DNA of 60,168 nt, taken from Spirochaetota bacterium (lineage in GTDB: Bacteria; Spirochaetota; Spirochaetia; B11-G9). The notes beneath the pieces are model-generated. The model did not search any database, was not told the DNA's origin, and worked only from the letters and a program-made list of their open reading frames with translations. Below are positions 35,716 through 43,934 of this stretch, in pieces (positions within the stretch are counted from its first letter, which is position 1; each line of letters opens with the position of its first letter). The stretch is from contig JAJRQE010000088.1 of the NCBI GenBank assembly GCA_024280415.1, forward strand, positions 1-60,168, given 5' to 3'. The translations under genes and the position numbers were made by a program.

Positions 35716-37935
35716 CTACCCCACCTCTCCATTGGAAATAATTTTAGTTATCAAAGGCTTTCCCGATACTTCCAGTGCCGTAGATCCGACCTGAACACAA
35801 TTACCCACTGTTTTCAGAGGAATATCAAAGAAATGATTAACCTTAAGCCTTTTAGGACTATCCCCTTCCGGAACAGAAAAACCTTTAAGATTAATCCGCT
35901 CACCAGGCTCGGCCCAGTCAGCAAAAATAACTTCAACATCTCCTCTCTCATCAGAACCTTCAGGAGTATTATCCGCTGCCAGAAGCATCCCCTGGCTTTT
36001 AACCCCCCGGAGCTTCGCAGGCTTAAGATTATAAACAAGAATAATATTCTTACCTAAAAGCTCCTCCTCTTTGTAATATGGAACAAGACCGGACACAATC
36101 TGTCTGGGGTCCTCTTCTCCTACATCCAGGGTTTCAATATAGAGCTTATCTGCTTCCGGATGTCTCTCTATTGCAGTAATTTTTGCCACCCTGAGGTCGA
36201 CCCTTGCTGCAAACTGATCCTCCAGGGATAAAATCTCTTCTGTTTTTTCTTCCACTTTTCCTTCTCCTGCATCTTTTGCGGCTCTTTCAGCCTGACTGCC
36301 TGCAAATCGTTCTCTAAGGCTGGCAATAAAATCATCCTCAAGTTTTGTAAACAGTATCTCAGGCTTTTCAATACCGATTATACCCTCATAGACTCCAAGT
36401 TGATTCCAGACCATTTCGGGATTCCCAAGGAAACCTGCGATTTTTTCTGTAGTGTCCGGAATAAAAGGTTTGATCATTATGGCAAGGTCCCTTACAAGAT
36501 AGACCAGGTGCCTGATTAAACTTGCGGCAGCTGCAGGATCACTGATACGGGTTCTCCAGGGCTCTCCATCCTGAAAAGCCTTATTCCCGAAAGAGGACAG
36601 AAAAAAGATTTTCCTGAGAGCATCTCTCAACTGAGCTTTTTCAAAATGATCTGTAATTTCAGCTTCATACTCTCCTGATTTTTTCACAAAATCAGGACTA
36701 ATTTCTGCTTCCGGAATCTTTCCACCATAAAATTTACTGATAAAAATAAGTGTTCTGTTTACAAGGTTTCCAAGATTCCCCAGAAGCTCGCCATTAACTT
36801 TTTCCTGAAAATCATTCCAGCTGAACTGATAATCAGACTTCTCCGGTCTGTTGTAAAAAATATAGAACCGCCATACATCCGAAGGAATACCTGTATCCCT
36901 TGCGTCTGTCCCAAAAACACCAATTCCCTTGCTCTTGGAAAACTTACCATCTTCGTAGTTCAAATATTCTGTAGAAGACATATGGTGGAGCATAGTCCAT
37001 TTTTCACCAGTCCCTAAAAGTGAGGATGGGAAAATTACCGTATGGAAAGGAATATTATCCTTTCCAATAAACTGGAAAAGTTCAACCTCTTCGGGATTTC
37101 TCCCCCACTCCTCCCACTTATCTGTATGGGTCATGGTTATAGAGATATAACCTATTGGGGCATCGAACCATACATAAAAAACCTTGCCCTCAAACCCCTC
37201 TTTCGGTACGGGAATGCCCCATTTAAGATCCCGTGTTATACACCTTTCCTTCAGACCATCCCGTATCCAGCTCTTTGTCATCTGCAGGGCATTTCGTGCC
37301 CAGAAACCATCCACCGACGCTTTATCCATCCACTCCTGGAGTTTAGGCAATACCTTAGGAAGATCAAGGTACAGATGCCTGGTATCTCTGCCCACAGGCT
37401 CCTTTCCGCAGGTACTGCATACAGGATTTACAAGTTCAGTAGGATCCAGAAGCTTTCCACAATCCTCACACTGATCACCTCTTGCATTTGCAGAGCCGCA
37501 GGAAGGACATTCCCCATGAACGTATCGATCTGCAAGGAATCTGTCACAGCTCTCACAAAAGAGCTGATTTATTGTGTCTTCCCTTATAAGACCCGCTTCA
37601 TCACACTTTTTAAATATATGCTGAACTATCTCTGTCTGTTCAGGAGTGGAAGTACGCCCCCACTTATCAAAGTTAATATTAAACCATTCATAGATTTCAG
37701 TATGGATTTTGTGGTAATGATCACAAAGTTCCTTGGGAGTAACACCCTCCTCCAAAGCTCTGGTTTCTGTTGCTGTACCGTACTCATCCGTACCGCAGAC
37801 ATATAGAGTTTCGTACCCCTTTTCTCTGCAGAACCGGGCAAAAACATCGGCAGAAAGAACCTGTATAAGGTTACCGAGATGAGGAATATTATTTACGTAG
37901 GGCAATGCTGAAGTTATTAGCTTTTTCTTTTTCAT
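35716..37935 (-). CDS. metG: methionine--tRNA ligase with C-terminal tRNA-binding (Trbp111/EMAP-like) domain
   Basis: HLGN (PYVNNIPHLGNL), Zn knuckles CPSCGS...CEDCGK, KFSKSKG (KMSKS), and the C-terminal DLRVAKI...KLRGVKSQGMLL. Confidence 0.95.
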   Translation of the reverse strand: MKKKKLITSALPYVNNIPHLGNLIQVLSADVFARFCREKGYETLYVCGTDEYGTATETRALEEGVTPKELCDHYHKIHTEIYEWFNINFDKWGRTSTPEQTEIVQHIFKKCDEAGLIREDTINQLFCESCDRFLADRYVHGECPSCGSANARGDQCEDCGKLLDPTELVNPVCSTCGKEPVGRDTRHLYLDLPKVLPKLQEWMDKASVDGFWARNALQMTKSWIRDGLKERCITRDLKWGIPVPKEGFEGKVFYVWFDAPIGYISITMTHTDKWEEWGRNPEEVELFQFIGKDNIPFHTVIFPSSLLGTGEKWTMLHHMSSTEYLNYEDGKFSKSKGIGVFGTDARDTGIPSDVWRFYIFYNRPEKSDYQFSWNDFQEKVNGELLGNLGNLVNRTLIFISKFYGGKIPEAEISPDFVKKSGEYEAEITDHFEKAQLRDALRKIFFLSSFGNKAFQDGEPWRTRISDPAAAASLIRHLVYLVRDLAIMIKPFIPDTTEKIAGFLGNPEMVWNQLGVYEGIIGIEKPEILFTKLEDDFIASLRERFAGSQAERAAKDAGEGKVEEKTEEILSLEDQFAARVDLRVAKITAIERHPEADKLYIETLDVGEEDPRQIVSGLVPYYKEEELLGKNIILVYNLKPAKLRGVKSQGMLLAADNTPEGSDERGDVEVIFADWAEPGERINLKGFSVPEGDSPKRLKVNHFFDIPLKTVGNCVQVGSTALEVSGKPLITKIISNGEVG

Positions 37936-37943
37936 AGTCAGCT

Positions 37944-37972
37944 ACTATACCGGCTTGAGAGGGGATTTGCAA
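37944..37972 (-). promoter_or_regulatory. strong sigma70-like promoter of metG: TTGCAA, 17 bp, TATAGT, 8 nt from the ATG
   Basis: On the minus strand, -35 at 37967-37972 and -10 at 37944-37949. The ATG is at 37935 and no SD is present. Confidence 0.5.
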
Positions 37973-38070
37973 TAGGAGAGGGTAATCCAGATATCTTAAA
38001 TTTAAAAACCCATACACGTACGTATTGTTTTTTCGACAGATACGTTATAAAATAAAACAAGGAGATTAAT

Positions 38071-38304
38071 ATGATCTATACAGCCACAAAACTCCGTCAA
38101 AATTTATACAATATTCTTGATAGTGTAATTGAAAATGGCATACCAGTGGAAATAGAACGAAAAGGCGTAATTTTAAAGATTATTCCGGAAAAAAGGGTAA
38201 GTAAATGGGACAGGCTGGAAACCCACAATATTATTAATGGAGATCCTGAATCGATTGTTTCAATAGACTGGTCAAATGAATGGGATCTGGATAACGATTT
38301 ATGA
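38071..38304 (+). CDS. type II antitoxin, Phd/YefM family
   Basis: 77 aa. TATKLRQNLYNILDSVIENGIPVEIERKG is a typical Phd/YefM N-terminus. It overlaps the toxin gene by 4 nt (ATGA). Confidence 0.8.
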   Translation: MIYTATKLRQNLYNILDSVIENGIPVEIERKGVILKIIPEKRVSKWDRLETHNIINGDPESIVSIDWSNEWDLDNDL

Positions 38305-38675
38305 TCTATCTGGATACGCATGTTCTTATCTGGCTCTATCAGAAAGACAGAGACAAATTCACTCCCGAAACTATAAATCTTATTGACAGGAAAGAATTGT
38401 TAATTTCTCCAATGGTTGAACTTGAACTGGAATACCTGTTTGAAATTGATAGAATAAATGTTCGGTCAGCAATTATACTGGATTATCTGAAGGAAAGAAT
38501 TGGTCTTGAAAAATGCAAAAACTCATTTACCAACATTATTACAAGAGCCAAATTCATGAAGTGGACCAGAGACCCATTTGATAGAATTATTACAGCACAG
38601 GCAGCAGAAAATAATTCTATTCTTATAACAAAAGATAAACAGATAAGAAAACACTATTCCAGAGCTGTCTGGTAG
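38301..38675 (+). CDS. vapC: type II toxin, PIN-domain ribonuclease VapC
   Basis: YLDTHVLIW (Asp1), ELELEY (Glu), DPFDRIITAQA (Asp) and ITKD are the PIN acidic residues. Confidence 0.85.
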   Translation: MIYLDTHVLIWLYQKDRDKFTPETINLIDRKELLISPMVELELEYLFEIDRINVRSAIILDYLKERIGLEKCKNSFTNIITRAKFMKWTRDPFDRIITAQAAENNSILITKDKQIRKHYSRAVW

Positions 38676-38848
38676 ATTGATTTACAAGGGCTGTAACTTC
38701 TTCAATTATTCTGTCTGCAATGTTTGCAGCAGCCTTCACAGGATAGATGATTTTATCTGCCAATTTTTTTATTATTTCAGTTATTTGTAGACATTGCACA
38801 AAACTCAGAGGCTTTTTGCATATTAATATGACTTAACCCGGCTTGTCT

Positions 38849-40030
38849 CTAAAAGAACAGGGTAAAGGTAAGTCCGCCATACAAACCGCTGAAATTAATA
38901 CTCCACGGGTCTCCTCCCGGCATCAGGGAGGGATCAAAGCCGAAATATATATCATCTACAAAATCATTATAACCCGTTGCCAGAGATTCTGCATAGAACC
39001 CCCAGTCCCCATTCTCTGCTTTTGCCCGGTAAACAGAAGCATTACTTGTTACCATATAACCCAGGACACCGGAAAGGGCAAGCCGGGGTGTAAGAAACAG
39101 TTCAGGGGCAACCTCAAACTTTACCCCTCCGAAGGCTTCATATTCAAGGGTTATCGCTGTCCTGTCTTTGGAGACTGTATAGTCATTATTATCATACTCA
39201 TAATCCTTTACATAGAGGCCGCTGTTGCTGGAGATCTTGTATGAACTTGCCAGGTAGGGAGAGAAGAGTGCACCCAAATTGAATCCCAGATTAAATGCAG
39301 GACTGAAATTTAATGTATACTGCAGATCCAGATGGAGAATCATACCCCCGAACACAGTATTGGTAATCTGCCCAACTGGTCCGTCCAGGGAAGGATGTGT
39401 CAGGAACTCAGGATCAGTCTGAAAGTCAGACCATTTAAATGTATTATCACTATCTCCCAGCCGATAGAATTCCAGGGGCATGGGCAGCATAATTCCCGCT
39501 GAAAGAAGTAAGCTCCTTGACAACCTGTATTTCACCTTCATATCAACAAATACCGGCTTAACACTGTTAAAATCAGTATCCCCGGTTATACACATAATAA
39601 AGGAAGAAGATAGGCCTATACCATTTTTTGTAACATATTCGTATTGAAGCTCTTCTGCAGCATCGAGCATCTCCTTATTGGGTACGTTAAAACCAGAAGT
39701 CAACAGCAGCTCCCCTGTAGTAGTATCTGTCATACTTATGCTTATACGAAAACTGGCATTTTCCTCTAAAACAGAACCGAAGAGGAGAAACCGGGCACCT
39801 TTTAAATAGCCTGGTTCGGGAAATGTCCCCTCTTCTGTCAGGCCGCTTAATGCCAGGGCATACTCTTCCTGTATGGCATCCAGATTATCTCTGTCAACAA
39901 GGTAGAGAATTATACTTTTTGTAAGAGCCTCTTCCAGATAAACCTGAATAAGAGAACCCATCTTATTTTTCCGAGCCTGGGAACTCTCCTCTTTGAATCC
40001 CAGAATAACAACACCTTTCCTGACACTCAT
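38849..40030 (-). CDS. outer-membrane-type protein: CsgG/LpoB-like N-domain plus C-terminal beta-barrel-like region; 5' end apparently frameshifted
   Basis: The N-domain pattern is VVILGFKEES...LVDRDNLDAIQEEYALALSGL...GARFLLFGSV. The C-terminal half has alternating hydrophobic residues and ends in TFTLFF (aromatic terminus). There is no signal peptide in this frame. Confidence 0.7.
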   Translation of the reverse strand: MSVRKGVVILGFKEESSQARKNKMGSLIQVYLEEALTKSIILYLVDRDNLDAIQEEYALALSGLTEEGTFPEPGYLKGARFLLFGSVLEENASFRISISMTDTTTGELLLTSGFNVPNKEMLDAAEELQYEYVTKNGIGLSSSFIMCITGDTDFNSVKPVFVDMKVKYRLSRSLLLSAGIMLPMPLEFYRLGDSDNTFKWSDFQTDPEFLTHPSLDGPVGQITNTVFGGMILHLDLQYTLNFSPAFNLGFNLGALFSPYLASSYKISSNSGLYVKDYEYDNNDYTVSKDRTAITLEYEAFGGVKFEVAPELFLTPRLALSGVLGYMVTSNASVYRAKAENGDWGFYAESLATGYNDFVDDIYFGFDPSLMPGGDPWSINFSGLYGGLTFTLFF

Positions 40031-40131
40031 ATCAGGATATTTTTTAAGTATAGTCTGTGAAATTTGATCTACACTGTCCAGTATTTGCTGTTGGATAGTG
40101 ACTGATCTGTTATTTCCAGGCTCAGGAAAGA

Positions 40132-40185
40132 TTAAAAAACAGAAAGAAAAATGATTAATATTACAAAGACAGATCTCTTATTCAT
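40132..40185 (-). other. 17-codon mini-ORF encoding a signal-peptide-like MNKRSVFVILIIFLSVF, out of frame with the downstream OMP ORF
   Basis: ATG 40185 is preceded by GGAAGAGG. The mini-ORF stops at a TAA formed at the end of the T6 run (A6 on the plus strand, 40134-40139). Adding one T fuses it to the 38849-40030 frame. Confidence 0.55.
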
Positions 40186-40426
40186 TTGGCAACCTCTTCC
40201 ACAGATCTAATTATGCTAAAAAAGGAGATCAGAAGGTGAATTGCACTGGAGCATCATCTCACTGTTTTAATTATCATACTATGTATATATCTATCTGTCA
40301 AAAACCATTAAACCGTCAGAATAAACTGTAACTGTTGATTTCCAACTGTTTGCTTTATTTCCTTGACTCAAAATAACTCTGTAAGTACTCTTAGTATAGA
40401 TGATTTAATCTTTTAAAGGAGGATGT

Positions 40427-41404
40427 ATGTCCGAACAGAATGTGACACCAATGCCGCAGTTCAGCTTGAAGCCGAAACTTGTGATAATTGTAGTCATTAT
40501 AATTGCAGTGTTAAGCCTCGTAATGTCCAGCTTCTATGTAGTCGATCAGACAGAACAGGCTGTTGTACTGCAGTTAGGTAAATTTAACAGGATGACAGGA
40601 CCGGGGCTCCAGTTTAAACTGCCCTTCGGTATAGAAAAGAACTATAATGTACCAACTCAGCAAATTCAGAATATGACATTTGGATTTAGAACAGAACAGG
40701 CTGGTATTAATACCGTTTATTCCAGGGGGGATTACCCCGAAGAATCGATTATGCTGACTGGTGACCTCAATATTATTGATGTTGAATGGGTTATCCAGTA
40801 TCGAATTACCGATGCTAAAGCATGGCTTTTTAATGTGGCTTACAGGAACCAGACAATAAGGGATGTTTCACAGTCCACCATAAACCAGCTGGTTGGTGAC
40901 AGAGCCATTCTCGATGTTATTGGACCTGCAAGAACATCAATAATGGATCAGGCTCTTCTTCTGATGAATGAAAAACTTACCAAATATAAGCTTGGTGCTA
41001 CTGTAACAACAGTTCAGCTTAAAAATATAGTACCTCCTGCCGGAAATGTGCAGGATGCTTTTGAAGATGTCAATAAAGCTATTCAGGATATGGAACGACT
41101 CATCAATGAGGGCAAAGAGGAATACAACAAAGAAATTCCAAAGGCCAGCGGAAGTGCGGACAAAATGGTTCAGATTGCAAGAGGTTACGCAACAGAACGT
41201 GTTAACCAGGCTCGTGGAGACGTAGCCAGATTCATCTCTGTAAGGAATGAATATGTTAAAAACCCGGCAGTAACCCGAACCCGACTCTATCTTGAAACAA
41301 TTGAGGAAGTATTTGGAACAAATGAAGGGACAGATCTTATTGATAAAAACCTCCAGGGCTTTCTGCCCATTAAAAATCTTCAGGGACAGGGGGTAACACA
41401 ATGA
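40427..41404 (+). CDS. hflK: FtsH protease modulator HflK (SPFH/band 7)
   Basis: One N-terminal TM segment and an SPFH domain (FYVVDQTEQAVVLQLGKF...). It overlaps hflC by 4 nt and is preceded by SD AGGAGG. Confidence 0.88.
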   Translation: MSEQNVTPMPQFSLKPKLVIIVVIIIAVLSLVMSSFYVVDQTEQAVVLQLGKFNRMTGPGLQFKLPFGIEKNYNVPTQQIQNMTFGFRTEQAGINTVYSRGDYPEESIMLTGDLNIIDVEWVIQYRITDAKAWLFNVAYRNQTIRDVSQSTINQLVGDRAILDVIGPARTSIMDQALLLMNEKLTKYKLGATVTTVQLKNIVPPAGNVQDAFEDVNKAIQDMERLINEGKEEYNKEIPKASGSADKMVQIARGYATERVNQARGDVARFISVRNEYVKNPAVTRTRLYLETIEEVFGTNEGTDLIDKNLQGFLPIKNLQGQGVTQ

Positions 41405-42393
41405 AAAAAGTTATAACTGTTATTGTTGTCATTGCTGTACTCCTTTTTGTACTGATGTTGCTGGGACCCTTCTATGTATTGGAAGAGGGTGAACAGGCTG
41501 TTGTGACAAGGTTTGGTGCAATTGTGAGCTCCCAGGGAAGTGCAGGTCTGAAATTCACAATGCCTGTTGTGGATACAGTAATTAAGTATCCCAAGAAAAT
41601 TCTCTCATGGGATGGAGATGCACAGAGAATACCTACTGCAGAGAACCAGTTTATCTGGGTGGATACTACTGCAAGGTGGAAAATTACAGATCCAGTAAAG
41701 TTTTATGAGTCTGTTACTACTCTGGAACAGGGATGGTCAAGGCTGGATGATGTTATCGACTCTTCCGTAAGAACGGTAATTGCCGATAATCCATTAAATG
41801 AAGCTGTCCGTAATTCAAATATTATAAGTGTAACCAAAAGTCCGGATATAATAATCGGGGATGAAGCTGTTATAGAGGGTTCCGGTATTGAGGAACTCCT
41901 AAAGGCAAATTTTACAGCAACTTCATACGAAGAGGTGTATAAAGGAAGAGAAATCCTTTCGGAAGAGATGTTCAATGCAGCATCGAAACTCACTGCTCAG
42001 TTCGGTATTGAACTGATTGACATACTTATCAGGCAGATACGTTACTCAGATGACCTTACCGAATCTGTGTACAACAGGATGATCAAGGAAAGACGTCAGA
42101 TAGCTGAATTCTACAGATCATATGGTGAAGGAAAGAAGGCTGAATGGCTGGGTAAACTGGATAACGAAAAACGAAGTGTCCTCTCCGGAGCCTATGAAAA
42201 ATCTGAAACTATAAAAGGAACTGCAGACGCTGAAGCAACAAAAATCTACTCTGCAGCCTATGGTAATAATGCTGAGTTTTTTGAGTTCTGGAGATCAATT
42301 GAATCCTATAAAAAGGTTCTTCCTAATTTCAGAAAAACTCTTACTACAGATATGGAGTACTTCAAGTATCTGTATAATGCAGATGGAAGGTAG
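41401..42393 (+). CDS. hflC: FtsH protease modulator HflC (SPFH/band 7)
   Basis: N-terminal TM segment and FYVLEEGEQAVVTRFG. It is the SPFH paralogue directly after hflK. Confidence 0.88.
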   Translation: MKKVITVIVVIAVLLFVLMLLGPFYVLEEGEQAVVTRFGAIVSSQGSAGLKFTMPVVDTVIKYPKKILSWDGDAQRIPTAENQFIWVDTTARWKITDPVKFYESVTTLEQGWSRLDDVIDSSVRTVIADNPLNEAVRNSNIISVTKSPDIIIGDEAVIEGSGIEELLKANFTATSYEEVYKGREILSEEMFNAASKLTAQFGIELIDILIRQIRYSDDLTESVYNRMIKERRQIAEFYRSYGEGKKAEWLGKLDNEKRSVLSGAYEKSETIKGTADAEATKIYSAAYGNNAEFFEFWRSIESYKKVLPNFRKTLTTDMEYFKYLYNADGR

Positions 42394-42422
42394 CAATACC
42401 TCAATTCCATTAGTATTAAATT

Positions 42423-42463
42423 AACCCCCGGGGAGATATTCTTGTAAAACCCTCCCTGGGGTT
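42423..42463. terminator. long hairpin between convergent hflC and the FAD oxidoreductase (candidate bidirectional terminator)
   Basis: AACCCCCGGGGAG-N16-CTCCCTGGGGTT pairs at 12 bp with a one-nucleotide bulge in the 5' arm. It is GC-rich in an AT-rich context. Confidence 0.45.
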
Positions 42464-42502
42464 CTTATTAAAAGGGCTTGCATATATTTATTGACAATAG
42501 TT

Positions 42503-43861
42503 TTAGATCTTTAATGATTCAATTACTTTATCTACCCGGGGACTGCAAAACTTTCCCTGACAAGTTCCCATTCCCGCTCTTGTTCTCATTTTCACACCTT
42601 TCCTGGTTTTTACACTTATATTTCTGGATAGGGCATCTAAAATTTCACCTTCTGTAACCCTTTCACACCGGCATATAATTTTATCTCTGCCCGGATCAAG
42701 CATGATCCTCCGATTAAGCTCTGCCAGACTAAAGTTGTTTGGTTTAATTATTGCCTTTCGGTAGGGATCAAAATATTTTTTTTCGGTAAGATCCCGATTT
42801 TTTTTAATTATCCCCACAACCATCTCTGCTATGGCGGGAGAGGAGGTTAACCCGGGAGATTCTATTCCTGCAGCATTTATGAAACCGGGGAATTCTTCTT
42901 TGATTATAAAATCTCCGGTACTCGATGCAGGCCTGATACCGGAGAAAGTTTTAAGTCTTTTCTTAAGGTCAAATTCCGGAAGTGATTTTTTTGCTGCATC
43001 AATAATATACTCGAGGGTGGGCTCATCGGTGTAAGTCCCCTCCCTCTCTTCAACCTCCTCTGAATTGGGTCCCAGCATTAGATTACCGTGATATGTTGAG
43101 GTAACAAGTATCCCCTTTCCCAGTTCAGTAGGCACCTGGAATACAACTGAATTCACAGATGCTCCCGTTCCTTTCTGAAAAAGAATGTACTGACCTTTTT
43201 TAGGAATAATTTTAAAATAGTCAACACCTGCCATATAAGATATTTTGTCAGCATATACTCCTGCTGCATTTATTACTGTTCGGGAGCGTATGGTCTCTTT
43301 ATCAGTTATTATTTCAAAGGAATTATCTTTCTGTACTATATTTATCACTTCACTATTCAGAAAAAGCTCAGTACCGTTTTCCACAGCATTTTCAGCAAGG
43401 GCAATAGTGTATTCATAAGGGGAAACAACTCCCACATCCTTTGCATAGAGGGCATATTTCACCTTAGGATTAAGATTGGGATCAATTTTAAGTATCTCAT
43501 CCCTTTCTATAATTTTCATAGCCAAAACACCATTTTTAATTCCATTACTCATAAGTTCATTAAGTGAGGCCAGATCTACATTATCAAATCCAAGAACCAT
43601 CCCCCCTCTCTTCCTATAGCCAAAATTCAGCTGCTTATTCAGATCTTCGAACATTCTGTTGCCAAGAACATTTAACCGTCCTTTCAGACTTCCATACTTT
43701 GCAGCATAACCCCCGTGAATAATACCGCTGTTTGCCTTGGAGGCTCCGGAAGCAACATCCTCCCCTTTTTCAATCAGACAAACCAATCCTTTATATCTGC
43801 TCAGTGCCCTGGCAATTCCTGAACCGGTAACACCAGCTCCGATAATAGCAAAATCATACAT
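42503..43861 (-). CDS. FAD-dependent oxidoreductase, GlpA-like glycerol-3-phosphate dehydrogenase type with C-terminal BFD-like [2Fe-2S] domain
   Basis: YDFAIIGAGVTGSGIA (FAD dinucleotide fold) plus the C-terminal ICRCERVTEGEI...GMGTCQGKFC. Confidence 0.8.
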   Translation of the reverse strand: MYDFAIIGAGVTGSGIARALSRYKGLVCLIEKGEDVASGASKANSGIIHGGYAAKYGSLKGRLNVLGNRMFEDLNKQLNFGYRKRGGMVLGFDNVDLASLNELMSNGIKNGVLAMKIIERDEILKIDPNLNPKVKYALYAKDVGVVSPYEYTIALAENAVENGTELFLNSEVINIVQKDNSFEIITDKETIRSRTVINAAGVYADKISYMAGVDYFKIIPKKGQYILFQKGTGASVNSVVFQVPTELGKGILVTSTYHGNLMLGPNSEEVEEREGTYTDEPTLEYIIDAAKKSLPEFDLKKRLKTFSGIRPASSTGDFIIKEEFPGFINAAGIESPGLTSSPAIAEMVVGIIKKNRDLTEKKYFDPYRKAIIKPNNFSLAELNRRIMLDPGRDKIICRCERVTEGEILDALSRNISVKTRKGVKMRTRAGMGTCQGKFCSPRVDKVIESLKI

Positions 43862-43934
43862 AAAATCCCTCTCCCACTCACTCTACTTATTCCATATTGC
43901 ACATCCGATCCGAACAAGTTGAATTTTTTTTATC

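Noticed and set aside
37042-37806. 254-aa plus-strand ORF inside metG
   Set aside because: It is antisense to a full-length, motif-complete metG. Its composition is not protein-like and it has no SD.
38676-38848. About 55-codon minus-strand frame (…ITEIIKKLADKIIYPVKAAANIADRIIEEVTAL…) in the gap between vapC and the OMP gene
   Set aside because: There is no ATG or SD in frame, only a GTG without an RBS. It would overlap the vapC 3' end. It may be a gene remnant, but I cannot support a feature.
40236-40331. 31-codon GTG ORF (VNCTGASSHCFNYHTMYISICQKPLNRQNKL) with AGGAG 8 nt upstream, in the OMP/hflK divergent region
   Set aside because: An open frame of this length is expected by chance in AT-rich DNA. 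There is no family resemblance, and the AGGAG may be fortuitous. It is worth a look only if Ribo-seq data exist.
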